DNA of 64,000 nucleotides from Thermodesulfobacteriota bacterium (GTDB taxonomy: Bacteria; Desulfobacterota; Desulfobacteria; Desulfobacterales; SURF-7): the NCBI GenBank assembly GCA_049320885.1, contig JBMORA010000001.1, forward strand, positions 114,622 to 178,621. The letters run 5' to 3'. A program made the translations under genes and the position numbers. Below the pieces are notes generated by a model. That model made no database searches, was not told where the DNA came from, and was given only the letters and a program-made list of their open reading frames with translations. Positions within the stretch are counted from its first letter, which is position 1. Each line of letters begins with the position of its first letter. Positions 10,463-20,294 of the stretch are shown here, in pieces.

Positions 10463-11602
10463 TTGAAAATTCTGCACCTCATCGATTCCGGCGGTCTCTA
10501 CGGCGCCGAGGTCATGCTGTTGAACCTGGCCGGGGAGCAGCTGCGGATGGGATTGGAACCGACCATCGCCAGCATCGGCGAGAAAGGCATCCCGGAAAAA
10601 CCCATCGAAAAGGCGGCCCGGGAAAATGGGCTCCCGCTACAAACCTTCCGGATGGCGCCGGGTTTCAATGTCGCCGGGGCTCTCCGGATTCTTCGCTATG
10701 CCCGGCGTAGCGGTTTCCAGATATTTCATTCCCACGGCTACAAGGCCAATATCTTCTTCGGCCTGATGCCGTCCCGGCTGCGCCGGGTGCCCATGGTTTC
10801 CACCCTGCACGGCTGGACCAGCACCGGCGGGTTCAAAAAAATCCGCCTGTATGAAGCCCTCGATCGCCTGAGCCTCTGTTTTGTCGACGCCGTCGTCTGC
10901 GTCAATGCCGGAATGCTGGAAAACCCCCGCATCAAAAACCTTAAACAGGTAAAACGACTATGGGTCGTGGATAACGGCCTCCCCATGGATCCGATGGCCC
11001 AGGACGGCCGGGAAACACCCGGAGCCATACCGGAAACGGATGCCGGGCTCTTCTGCAACCGGAAGCGGTTCACCATCGGAACCATCGGGCGCCTGTCGAC
11101 TGAAAAAGGCTATGACGACCTTATCATGGCCCTGGCCCGGATCGTCCAAAACGGCGTGGATGCCCGCCTGATCATCATCGGGGAAGGATATGCCCGCAGG
11201 CAGCTCGAAAACACCATCCGGATTTCCGGCTTGTCGGAACGGGTCTTCCTGACCGGTTATCGTCCGGACGCCAGACGATATATGCCTTTCTTCGACGCGT
11301 ACGCGATCTCTTCCCTGACCGAAGGACTTCCCATCACCCTGCTGGAAGCCATGCAGGCGCGAATCCCCGTGGTGGCCACCCGGGTGGGCGGGATTCCCCA
11401 TGTGCTGGAAGGCGGCAGGAACGGCATCCTGGTGGAACCGGGGAATCCGTCCGCCCTGTCCGAAGGAATCCTGCGGCTCGCCCATGATCCCGACCTGGGC
11501 AAGGCCCTGGTCCGGAACGCCTACAGGCGGGTCGCCGGCTCCTATTCCAGCCGCCGCATGGCGGAGAACTACCGGAATATTTACAACCAATTGCTGCGCT
11601 AA
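10463..11602 (+). CDS. Glycosyltransferase family 4
   Basis: KILHLIDSGGLYGAE, GRLSTEKG, EGLPITLLEAM, VATRVGG; TTG start inferred. Confidence 0.9.
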   Translation: MKILHLIDSGGLYGAEVMLLNLAGEQLRMGLEPTIASIGEKGIPEKPIEKAARENGLPLQTFRMAPGFNVAGALRILRYARRSGFQIFHSHGYKANIFFGLMPSRLRRVPMVSTLHGWTSTGGFKKIRLYEALDRLSLCFVDAVVCVNAGMLENPRIKNLKQVKRLWVVDNGLPMDPMAQDGRETPGAIPETDAGLFCNRKRFTIGTIGRLSTEKGYDDLIMALARIVQNGVDARLIIIGEGYARRQLENTIRISGLSERVFLTGYRPDARRYMPFFDAYAISSLTEGLPITLLEAMQARIPVVATRVGGIPHVLEGGRNGILVEPGNPSALSEGILRLAHDPDLGKALVRNAYRRVAGSYSSRRMAENYRNIYNQLLR

Positions 11603-11621
11603 TCCCAAACGGAGAAATCCG

Positions 11622-12644
11622 ATGCCCCAGGCTGTTCTTTTCCAATCCACTGAGCGTTTTCAGGCGTTCCGCAACAAACTGGAAAGCTACGCCGTCCCCA
11701 CCGTCGTGCTGGACTTCAACGACGCCGACTGGATGGACTATGATTTCAATAAAGCGGATTTCGTCATCTATTATCCTTCTTTCGAGTTTTCCTCCAACAG
11801 TCCCCTGGCCCTGCAGAAAGTTTACGACAACATCGTTTTTCTGCACGAAACCTATCCGCACCTGCTGCTCTATCCCGATCCGAAAGCAGTGCGGTATTAC
11901 AACGACAAATACCGCCAGTTCCTCTTTCTGCGGCACAACGGTTTTCCCATTCCCGAAACCATCCCGCTGGCTTCACCCGCCATGGTGGACCGGGCCGACC
12001 GGCGCCTGGGGTACCCCATGATATTGAAGAATCGTTACGGAGCCGGCGGCGGAACGGTTTTTCTGATTCATGACAAGGCGGAATTGAATTCCTACTACCG
12101 GATGTCGCAACTGGATTTCATCCATCCCGGCGCCCTGAAATATTTCGCTTCCATGATTTCCAGCCGGCTGTTCTTCTGGCAGCTGCTGAAAGCCAGGAAA
12201 GCCCGGTTCCCGTTTTTTTCTGCGCCTATGCTGGCCCAAAAATATGTCCGGATCACCCGGGATCTCAAAACCGTCGTCAACGAAGACAGGGTCGTGGAAG
12301 CCCACTGGCGCTTCCAGGCGGACACCTCCATGTGGAAAATGAACATCGACGGCGGCGGCACCGGAGTCTGGGCCCATGTACCCCGGGAAGCCCTGGATGT
12401 TTCCACCCGGCTGGCCACGACCCTGCAGGCCTCCTGGCTCAACCTGGATCTGATCGAATCCGAAGGACGGTTCCTCATAACCGAATTCTCGCCGGTCTGG
12501 CATCATTATGCCTACAAGGAAAAACCCAGCTTCGTTTATCAAGACGATTACAATATCCCAATGCCCCTGGAAATTTCCCTGGATCTGGAACGCATCATCG
12601 TCGAATCCTTTCTTTCCTCCTGTGAACACCGAAAGAAAGCCTGA
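11622..12644 (+). CDS. ATP-grasp (RimK-like) ligase
   Basis: NDKYRQ, FPIPET, YPMILKNRYGAGGGTVFL, LAQKYV, DLK, WKMN, LDLI..FLITE; RBS ggag before ATG 11622. Confidence 0.8.
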   Translation: MPQAVLFQSTERFQAFRNKLESYAVPTVVLDFNDADWMDYDFNKADFVIYYPSFEFSSNSPLALQKVYDNIVFLHETYPHLLLYPDPKAVRYYNDKYRQFLFLRHNGFPIPETIPLASPAMVDRADRRLGYPMILKNRYGAGGGTVFLIHDKAELNSYYRMSQLDFIHPGALKYFASMISSRLFFWQLLKARKARFPFFSAPMLAQKYVRITRDLKTVVNEDRVVEAHWRFQADTSMWKMNIDGGGTGVWAHVPREALDVSTRLATTLQASWLNLDLIESEGRFLITEFSPVWHHYAYKEKPSFVYQDDYNIPMPLEISLDLERIIVESFLSSCEHRKKA

Positions 12645-13703
12645 TTGCCAATTTCCCGCATGCACACCCTGACCGCATCGACGAAGGTCGTTCCCGAGGA
12701 TTGGAACCGGGAGCTGGCCGGATTGCAAAGCTGCCCTTTCCACTCCCACCAATGGAGCTGTTACAGTGCCGAAAACAACGGCCAGTCGCCGCTGTATTTT
12801 ACGCTGCGCGATGCCGCAGGCGGTGTCGCGGCTCTCACCCACGGCCTGGTCGTCAGGCGCTTCCCGCGCCGGATTCCGGTCTTCCGCTCCCTCTCCTTCG
12901 GCAGTCTGCCCGCCTATTCGACTCCCGAGGCCCTGGATGAGTTGATTGGACGGATCCGGGACTATGCCGCCGGCCATGGCTTCATGACCGTGGAATGGAA
13001 TTCCTTCGGCTCCCCGGAGGCCTGCCGCCTGACACAGGCCCTGCCGAAAACCGGGAAAAAACGCTGGGAATTCCTTATTGCGCTCGGGGATTCCGAGGAG
13101 GCCCTTTGGAAACGCCTCCACGGGAAAAAGCGCAACATGATCGCCAAAGCCAAGAAATCCGGCCTGCGGGTCGACCGGGCGCACACCCTTGAGCAGCTTC
13201 GCGATTACCGGCAGCTGGCCATGCAAACATGGCAACGGAAAACCGCCATGGGGATTCCGTTTCCGAAACCGCCGGAGGAAGCGACCCTGGAAAAAATGCG
13301 CCGGCACTTGATCGACCACGGCCTCGGCCGGTTCTATCTCGCATACGACGACGCAGCAGCCGTGGCCGGTGCCTTTTTCCTGGAATTCGCCGGAACCGCC
13401 TATTATGTGCTGAGCGCCGCGGCTGAGGAAGGTCTGAAAAAGTCCGCGCCGGATCTGTTGATCTGGAACGCAATGGTTGACAGCCGCAACTCCGGATGCC
13501 GGACCTTGAACCTGGGGGGCCTGGCGGAGTCGGAGTTGAACGGGCTCCCCCTGGAACAGGCCGGATTGTACCATTTCAAGGAACGTTTTTCCGCGACGAT
13601 TCATCCCTGTTTCACGGCCGGCATTGTCCTGAATCCGCTTTTTTATCGCTTATGGAAAAGCCTGGGGAAGATAAAAAAGGGCTATAGGGGCATCGGGGTA
13701 TAG
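12645..13703 (+). CDS. FemAB-like/GNAT family acyl- or aminoacyltransferase
   Basis: LWKRLHGKKRNMIAKAKK, AYYVLSA, PDLLIW, LNLGG, GLYHFKERF. Confidence 0.8.
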   Translation: MPISRMHTLTASTKVVPEDWNRELAGLQSCPFHSHQWSCYSAENNGQSPLYFTLRDAAGGVAALTHGLVVRRFPRRIPVFRSLSFGSLPAYSTPEALDELIGRIRDYAAGHGFMTVEWNSFGSPEACRLTQALPKTGKKRWEFLIALGDSEEALWKRLHGKKRNMIAKAKKSGLRVDRAHTLEQLRDYRQLAMQTWQRKTAMGIPFPKPPEEATLEKMRRHLIDHGLGRFYLAYDDAAAVAGAFFLEFAGTAYYVLSAAAEEGLKKSAPDLLIWNAMVDSRNSGCRTLNLGGLAESELNGLPLEQAGLYHFKERFSATIHPCFTAGIVLNPLFYRLWKSLGKIKKGYRGIGV

Positions 13704-13728
13704 GCGATAGAAAACAGAAAACGGGAGA
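13682..13728 (+). repeat. Degenerate purine-rich heptamer tandem array
   Basis: tataggc-gatagaa-aacagaa-aacggga shows 7-nt periodicity just upstream of the DegT gene. Confidence 0.45.
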
Positions 13729-13740
13729 AGGCTCGCCACC

Positions 13741-14997
13741 ATGTTCAACAGACATCGCCGCGTCATTCCCTATTGCGTGCCCTCCTGGGGATGGCGGGAA
13801 CATCTGATCATCGCGAAATGCCTGATCACCGGCACCGTCATCAACGGCCGGAGTATCCGGAATTTATATGACCTCATCCGGGAAATGACCGGCGTGCCCC
13901 ATGTTTTCGGATTCGGCAGCGGCGCGGAGGCGATTTCGGCCTGTCTCAGGGCTTCCGGAATCGGACCGGGCCATGAGGTCGTCATGCCCTCTTTCTGCTG
14001 CCACAGCGTGGCCGATGCGGTCAGGTCCTGCGGCGCCGAACCGCTTTTCTGCGAGGTCGGACGGGATCTGAATCCCGATGGGAATCACATCCTGTCCCTG
14101 CTGAACCCTTCCGTCCGGGCGATCATTTTCCCCCATCTGTTCGGCCGGCCGGGCGACATCCAACTGCTGGAAGAAAAATTGCACCGCTCGGGGGACCGGG
14201 ATCGCATCCTGCTGATCGATGACGCGGCCCAATCCTTCGGGGCCTGCATCGACAGCCGGCCCATCGGGACCTTCGGCGACGCCGGCATCATCAGCTTCGG
14301 ACCCGGCAAGATGACCACCGCCAGCGGAGGGGGACTGTTGCTGACAAACTCGCCGGCGTTGGCGGAAACAATCGGAAAACTGCCGGCATCCCCACCCGGC
14401 CTGCCGGACAAGATCCGGGAGCTGTTTTATTGGCTGATTTTTCGCCGCTGGCGAAAATACACTGCCCGGGCATTCCCGTACCTCGGTTTTTTTTTCCGGA
14501 AAACCGGGAAGGCGGAAGGACACCTTGCCCGGCTGGCCAATATCGATGCCGCCATCGCCCTTTCCCAAATCCGGCGTCTGGACGACATCATCGCCATGCG
14601 CCGGAAGGTCAAAAACCAGTTGGACGAGGTTCTCGAAGACATCCGCCGGACATATCACCTGCCGATCCGCTTCCCGGAGGAATTGCCCGCAGGACGCCGG
14701 GAGACCTTCACCAAACAGGTCTTTTTTTTGGACGGCGCCGGCCAGGCCGGTTTCAGTGCGAAACAGTTCTATGCCTTTTTGCACCAGGCCGGGATCGAAT
14801 TGCAGCCCCTCTACTCTCCGTTGCATCTGAACCCGCGCTACCGGAAACCGGAAGCGCGCCTGGCCTTCACGGAACAGCTGTCCGATACCGTCCTGAACCT
14901 TTCCAATGACCCGACAATATCACCGGAGGATATCCGGCATATCCGCAAGACCCTGAACAATTTTTTCCAGCCGGCAGACCAACGGCAAGACACATGA
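13741..14997 (+). CDS. DegT/DnrJ/EryC1/StrS PLP-dependent sugar aminotransferase
   Basis: GIGPGHEVVMPSF, HLFG, IDDAAQSFGA, SFGPGK..GGG (PLP Lys). Confidence 0.85.
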   Translation: MFNRHRRVIPYCVPSWGWREHLIIAKCLITGTVINGRSIRNLYDLIREMTGVPHVFGFGSGAEAISACLRASGIGPGHEVVMPSFCCHSVADAVRSCGAEPLFCEVGRDLNPDGNHILSLLNPSVRAIIFPHLFGRPGDIQLLEEKLHRSGDRDRILLIDDAAQSFGACIDSRPIGTFGDAGIISFGPGKMTTASGGGLLLTNSPALAETIGKLPASPPGLPDKIRELFYWLIFRRWRKYTARAFPYLGFFFRKTGKAEGHLARLANIDAAIALSQIRRLDDIIAMRRKVKNQLDEVLEDIRRTYHLPIRFPEELPAGRRETFTKQVFFLDGAGQAGFSAKQFYAFLHQAGIELQPLYSPLHLNPRYRKPEARLAFTEQLSDTVLNLSNDPTISPEDIRHIRKTLNNFFQPADQRQDT

Positions 14998-14999
14998 GA

Positions 15000-15067
15000 T
15001 TTCTATTCCGTCTTCTGTCTTCTGCCTATTGTCTTCTGACTTCTGACTCCTGACTTCTGTCTCTTCT
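15000..15067 (+). repeat. Pyrimidine-rich heptamer tandem array (TTCTGAC/TTCTGTC-like)
   Basis: ttccgtc ttctgtc ttctgcc tattgtc ttctgac ttctgac tcctgac ttctgtc fills the intergenic gap. Confidence 0.8.
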
Positions 15068-16423
15068 ATGCTTTCCCCCGACCACATCCGCCTGGCCCTA
15101 ACCGCAACCGCCCTGCTGCTGACCGCCGGTATTCTGTTTCGTCCCTTTTACGGCGTCATCGGCTATCTGATCATCATGGTGGTGCGTCCGGGAGTCTATT
15201 ATCCAGCCCTGGGAAGCATCCGCATAGAGCTGATAGTGGGGCTCATCAATATAGCAGTAATGCTCTTTTCACCGGGCAGGCTGCAACGCGGCAGCCCGAA
15301 ACAAAGCGGAATTACCAAATCCATGCTGATACTGTATGGAATAATGCTGGTCTCCATGATCCAGGCGTTTAATTTTTCCCACTCATATGACTGGATGAAG
15401 GAGTTCACCAAAGTCCTTGTTTTTTTCATGATGATCGTCACCTTGTCGGAAACCGAACGCGACCTAGAAACTCTTCTGTGGGTGTTCGGGATTCTAACTG
15501 CTTATCTGGCTTATCAGGCGATCTACAATTTTCACACCGGCTTCATCGTCAAAAGTATCAGTGACCAACGAATCGACTATGCCACCACCGGCGATGGCAT
15601 GGGAGCCGGGCATGTGGCCCTGGCCAATTTGATTTTGCAAGGTATGCCGTTTCTATGGTATCTCAGTATCGCGAACACAAACAGACTGCTCAGAACAGTT
15701 GGCTTCGGATTGCTTGTGCTCTGTCTGTACGGGGTGATCATCAGCGGCTCCAGGGGCGGCTTTGTCGGTCTGGTAGTTTTTTATCTGTGCCTCCTTTACT
15801 TTTCTAAAAAACGGATAGTTGTCGGGATTGCGGGCGTTGCCGGCGCTTTTTTACTCCCCCTGGTGGCCGGTGAAAATTACCTCAATTACATGGATACCAT
15901 TCTAGGATTGTTTACCGGCTCGGCGGGAGTATCCGAAAGTTCTAGAATAACGGGCTTGAAACATGGTTTTGAGATGCTCCTCCAAAGGCCGCTGCTGGGC
16001 GTCGGTCCCGGCTGCTATCCCCTGGCCCGGAAAGCCTGGTTCGGCTGGGGGCTTTGGGCTCATAACCACTATGGAGAGTTGATGGGAGATCTGGGAATTA
16101 TCGGCACCATCGCGTGGTTCGCGCTTTTCAAAAATTACTTCATGAAGGCTTGGCCTGTTGTGAAAGAAAGGAGCCCTGACCCAAGTCTGAACAGCATATA
16201 TCCGGCGATCGTGGTCTCCTCTATCGTTCGTTTGGTGGTCGGGATGGGGACTCATAGTGTATATATCTTTTTCTGGTATATGATCGCTGCGGTTATCGCC
16301 GCCTCATCCAGAATCCGGACCGAATCAGGCAAAGAGAAGGCCATGTCCCTGCCGGACAAAGGACCAAAAGCTTCCCGGATCAAACCACATGGGGGTTCAG
16401 CCCGGGAGACAAAGCAACGATGA
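15068..16423 (+). CDS. O-antigen ligase/polymerase family membrane protein (Wzy_C)
   Basis: Many TMs, SGSRGG, SR, PLLGVGPG, AHNHY.E...DLGIIG. Confidence 0.88.
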   Translation: MLSPDHIRLALTATALLLTAGILFRPFYGVIGYLIIMVVRPGVYYPALGSIRIELIVGLINIAVMLFSPGRLQRGSPKQSGITKSMLILYGIMLVSMIQAFNFSHSYDWMKEFTKVLVFFMMIVTLSETERDLETLLWVFGILTAYLAYQAIYNFHTGFIVKSISDQRIDYATTGDGMGAGHVALANLILQGMPFLWYLSIANTNRLLRTVGFGLLVLCLYGVIISGSRGGFVGLVVFYLCLLYFSKKRIVVGIAGVAGAFLLPLVAGENYLNYMDTILGLFTGSAGVSESSRITGLKHGFEMLLQRPLLGVGPGCYPLARKAWFGWGLWAHNHYGELMGDLGIIGTIAWFALFKNYFMKAWPVVKERSPDPSLNSIYPAIVVSSIVRLVVGMGTHSVYIFFWYMIAAVIAASSRIRTESGKEKAMSLPDKGPKASRIKPHGGSARETKQR

Positions 16424-17934
16424 GCGCGACCAAAACCAGCGGGTTGGGGTACCAAATCCGGAAACTGGGCACTCATGGAGCTATTTATGGTCTTGGCTCC
16501 ATTTCCAACAAGCTTATCGGCTTCCTGCTGATTCCATTGTATACGCATTTTCTGACTCCCGAGGATTATGGGGTCCTCCAATTGATCTCCCTTACCATCG
16601 AGGTAGTCAGTGTAATCATTGGGCTCCGGCTGGCTGCTACGGTATTTCGTTTTTATCATGAAACCGATCAAGACAACAGACGAAAAGAGGTCGTCGGCAC
16701 CGCCATGACCGGCGTCATTATCATGGCTACGATCCTGATAACACCACTGCTGGCGACCTCTCCCTGGACAGCGGCATTGATTTTGAAAGACGACAGCCAG
16801 GCTATCCTGTTGTTCATCGCCTTTATCAGCCTTTGGATTCAGTTGCCAATCAGTGTTGTTAACAGCTACATTCAGGTCAAGGAACGCTCTCTTTTATTTG
16901 TCGGGGTATCCCTTTCCCGGCTCATTGCCGGCGCCTCGTTGAATATCTATTTCGTTGCCGTGGCCAAAATCGGCGTAATCGGCATCCTGTTAAGCACCCT
17001 GATCGTGGATATAATCACTGGCCTGCTGCTGTTTCCCTATGTGATCCGGGAAAACGGGCTCCATTTTTCCCGGCCCTTGTTTATCAAGATGCTGCGGTTC
17101 AGTGCGCCGCTGATTCCCAGTTCCCTGGCCAGCATGGTCACCCATGCCTCGGACCGGTATTTTATCAGCGGGTACCTGTCGCTGGCCGATACGGGCATTT
17201 ACAGCCTGGGATATAAAATGGGCAACAGCATTCACAGCCTCTTTTATGTGCCCTTCTCCCAGGTGTGGAACGCCCGCAGGTTTGCCATTGAAAAAGATCC
17301 GGATGCCAAAAAAATCTATGCCAAGGTATTTACCTATTTCATCTCCGCCATGTTTTTTATCGGTCTGGGTATGTCCCTGTTTGCGACGGAAATCGTTATG
17401 CTGATGTCGCCGTCGAAATATTGGGAGGCAGCCCGGATCATTCCTCTCATTGTTTTGTGTTATATCGTTTACGCCATGGAGGATCATGTCAGTACCGGGC
17501 TGTGGCTGAAAAAGAAGACCGAACGGATCGCCACGGTCACCATGGCAACGGCGGGCATCAACCTGGGATTGAATTTTCTCCTAATCCCCCGATTCGGCAT
17601 GTATGGAGCCGTAATGTCAACCCTGATTTCCTTTGTATCCAGAAATCTTGGGCTTTACCTCATGGCCAGGAAGGTCTATCCGATACCGTTTGAATGGATG
17701 AAACTGCTCGGTGTTTTCACCTTGTGCCTGTTGTTATACCTGTTCAGCGAAACGCTGATGGGCGTGGAGCTTTTCATGCGCACAGCTAGTAAAATCGGCT
17801 TATGGTTCGCATACCCTGTTGCTTTCATAACTATTTTTGTTGGTAAAACCGAACGCCAGAACGCCCTGGACGGGCTCAAATCCCTCCTGACAACATCATC
17901 AAAAAAGGTCGGCGGCAAAAAGATTTCGGCGTGA
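16420..17934 (+). CDS. Oligosaccharide flippase (Wzx-like)
   Basis: LLIPLYTHFLTPEDYG, DRYFI, GIYSLG, LNFLLIPRFGMYGA; about 14 hydrophobic segments. Confidence 0.88.
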   Translation: MSATKTSGLGYQIRKLGTHGAIYGLGSISNKLIGFLLIPLYTHFLTPEDYGVLQLISLTIEVVSVIIGLRLAATVFRFYHETDQDNRRKEVVGTAMTGVIIMATILITPLLATSPWTAALILKDDSQAILLFIAFISLWIQLPISVVNSYIQVKERSLLFVGVSLSRLIAGASLNIYFVAVAKIGVIGILLSTLIVDIITGLLLFPYVIRENGLHFSRPLFIKMLRFSAPLIPSSLASMVTHASDRYFISGYLSLADTGIYSLGYKMGNSIHSLFYVPFSQVWNARRFAIEKDPDAKKIYAKVFTYFISAMFFIGLGMSLFATEIVMLMSPSKYWEAARIIPLIVLCYIVYAMEDHVSTGLWLKKKTERIATVTMATAGINLGLNFLLIPRFGMYGAVMSTLISFVSRNLGLYLMARKVYPIPFEWMKLLGVFTLCLLLYLFSETLMGVELFMRTASKIGLWFAYPVAFITIFVGKTERQNALDGLKSLLTTSSKKVGGKKISA

Positions 17935-18012
17935 CCCTGCCATAACCTAATGAATCGTATCCGGATCAGGCAGTACGGAATCAAGGACCGCCAGTAAGAG
18001 GAATTCTGTTCT

Positions 18013-19239
18013 ATGAATTTCGTAGAGAATATCAGAAAAAAAATGCCGCAAAACCTCTGGGAACTCCTTCCCATTGACCTGGAAGCGAAAAAAGAAGTAT
18101 CGCAAGACAAGCAGGGTGGACGACAAAACGATAGGAGTGACAGAGATCACCTGCTTGAGACCATTAACTGGCTTTGCAGAGCTCAGGATTCAAGCCCAGA
18201 CGGCGGCGTCGCCAGGGGATATCACGCAACACGCTGGCGCGGATACCTGCCAAGGGGTTGGCAGGCCTCCTACCCGGAAACCACCGGATATATCATTCCC
18301 ACCATGCTTGCGGCTTCGGACCACCTGAACCAACCGAACCTTCGGGATCGGGCTTTCCGAATGGCGGATTGGGAAATCGACATCCAACTGCCGTCCGGTG
18401 CGGTAATGGGCAGCGTTGTCACTGCCCGCCCTCTTCCCGCTGTTTTCAATACAGGCCAGGTGATCTTCGGTTGGCTTGCGGTTTTTAAACTCACCAATAC
18501 CGAAAAATATATCAAAGCCGCCGCTAAGGCAGCGGACTACCTGATGCAGGTTCAGGAATCCGATGGCGCGTGGCGCTCCGGCAATTCCCAATATGCACTT
18601 TCCTCTTCAACCGTATACAACACCCGGGCCGCATGGGCACTGATTGAACTCGGCCTGCATATGGATCATGCCGGGTATGTCACGGCAGGACGCAACAACA
18701 TCGAATTCGCCTTGAAGCGACAAAAAGAAAACGGCTGGTTCAGCGACAATTGTCTCAGCGATCCCGCCAGACCGTTGTTGCATACCATTGTGTATGCCAC
18801 CCGCGGCATTCTGGAGTCCGGTATGCGATTAAATGAAAACCGCTATGTTAACGCCGCCTTGCGGACATTGGATGCCCTGTGCAATTGCCAGCGGGAGGAC
18901 GGAGGCATTCCAGGCCGTCTGGATGAGCATTGGAATGCAATGGTTTCCTGGGATTGTGTAACCGGCGACGCCCAGGCCGCCATCGCCTGGCTGCGCGCAA
19001 ACGCCCTTACGGGTGATCCAAAGTATCGGCTGGCAAGCCGAAAGGCCATCGATTTTGTCAAAAAAACCCAAAACCTGAGGCACCCCAACCCCGGTATCCG
19101 GGGCGGCGTGAAAGGTAGTTTTCCCTTTGACGGTGAATACGGCCGATTCGAAATGCTGAACTGGGCGGCCAAGTTCTTTTGTGACGCCCTTTTGATGATC
19201 ACCGACGAAAACCGGCCCCAAACAGGGATATGTGGATAG
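18013..19239 (+). CDS. Alpha/alpha-toroid protein (prenyltransferase/squalene-cyclase-like repeats), function unknown
   Basis: Repeated W/Y-L..Q..DG-type motifs (WLCRAQDSSPDGG, YLMQVQESDGAW, ALKRQKENGWF, CQREDGG) and SYPETTGYIIPT. Confidence 0.65.
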   Translation: MNFVENIRKKMPQNLWELLPIDLEAKKEVSQDKQGGRQNDRSDRDHLLETINWLCRAQDSSPDGGVARGYHATRWRGYLPRGWQASYPETTGYIIPTMLAASDHLNQPNLRDRAFRMADWEIDIQLPSGAVMGSVVTARPLPAVFNTGQVIFGWLAVFKLTNTEKYIKAAAKAADYLMQVQESDGAWRSGNSQYALSSSTVYNTRAAWALIELGLHMDHAGYVTAGRNNIEFALKRQKENGWFSDNCLSDPARPLLHTIVYATRGILESGMRLNENRYVNAALRTLDALCNCQREDGGIPGRLDEHWNAMVSWDCVTGDAQAAIAWLRANALTGDPKYRLASRKAIDFVKKTQNLRHPNPGIRGGVKGSFPFDGEYGRFEMLNWAAKFFCDALLMITDENRPQTGICG

Positions 19240-19247
19240 TAGGGATG

Positions 19248-20231
19248 GGAATGATCGCAACGACAAACAACAAGACGATGACTCCAGATGGGAACAGGAG
19301 TGAAATACGGAATGGCAACCGAAATCGATTCGCCTTCATGTTCTCCAACTGGTATTCCGGCGCAACGCTTCTGGCTATCCTGCTGAACAACCATTGCCGA
19401 TTGACCTGCAATGGCGAAACCTTCCCATTCAAGGTCACGGATCTGGAAATTTACCGCTGCTCCTGCGGCAAGGACCTGATGAGTTGCGAATTTTACAGGG
19501 TTGCGGGCGTGCATATGTTGGATAACCCGCAATTCCCGGAAAACAGAAATTTGTTTTCGATACTTCCCCGGTTTTCCCGTTTCAAGCCCATGGACCAATG
19601 GCTGAACAGCCTGAACTATCTGCCGGGGTTGCGTGACCTGATCATCCGAAAAAATCATGGTTATCGCAGCAGGGCAGCTGGATTCGTCAACGCTCATCGA
19701 GCTTTTTTTGATCGAAGCTGCGCTTTTGAAGGCAGTGATCTATACATAGACGGCACCAAGTCCGTCCGGCGAGCCGAGTTGTTCGCCCAATATCAGCCCG
19801 AACCTTTTCGCATTGTATACCTGTTACGGGATGGTCGCGGTTTTTGCAGGTCGTTTCTCAAAAATCGTAAGCTGGATAACACCCATCTGGCACTGGCGGC
19901 AAATACATGGCGGGAGTATATCCAGATGGTGGATCGATTTATCCTGCGCAACCCCGATATTCCGGTATTGATGATTCGCTATGAAGATATCTGCCGAAAT
20001 CCAGAGATGATCCTCTCCCAGGTCACCGACTTTCTGGAAGTGGAACGGGATCCGGCGATGCTGACCGATTTTTCCAGGGAATACCACATACTGGGAAATG
20101 TAATGCGCAAAGGGTTCAATGGACGTGTCACCGAGGATCTTTCCTGGCAAACGGTGTTCTCAGGAAAGGAAATCGATGTGATGACAGCCATCATGAGGAG
20201 CGATTTGGTCCGGTTTGGATATATGGAATAA
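19248..20231 (+). CDS. Sulfotransferase family protein
   Basis: 5'-PSB-like YSGATLL..LLNNH...GE, 3'-PB-like LLRDGR, IRYEDIC..PE, HILGN. Start uncertain (19230-19278). Confidence 0.75.
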   Translation, partial: GMIATTNNKTMTPDGNRSEIRNGNRNRFAFMFSNWYSGATLLAILLNNHCRLTCNGETFPFKVTDLEIYRCSCGKDLMSCEFYRVAGVHMLDNPQFPENRNLFSILPRFSRFKPMDQWLNSLNYLPGLRDLIIRKNHGYRSRAAGFVNAHRAFFDRSCAFEGSDLYIDGTKSVRRAELFAQYQPEPFRIVYLLRDGRGFCRSFLKNRKLDNTHLALAANTWREYIQMVDRFILRNPDIPVLMIRYEDICRNPEMILSQVTDFLEVERDPAMLTDFSREYHILGNVMRKGFNGRVTEDLSWQTVFSGKEIDVMTAIMRSDLVRFGYME

Positions 20232-20294
20232 TTCTTGTTGATGGAGTCATTAGCGCCAAAACTGTCAAGCCGTTCTGATAAACCGAAGGCAATC

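Noticed and set aside
11973..13604. 543-aa minus-strand ORF
   Set aside because: Fully antisense to two motif-supported genes of a co-directional operon; no recognisable domain.
14998..15067. CRISPR array or diversity-generating retroelement explanation for the repeats
   Set aside because: Units are 7 nt with no spacers. No cas or reverse transcriptase gene is present, and paralogue differences are not visibly adenine-specific.
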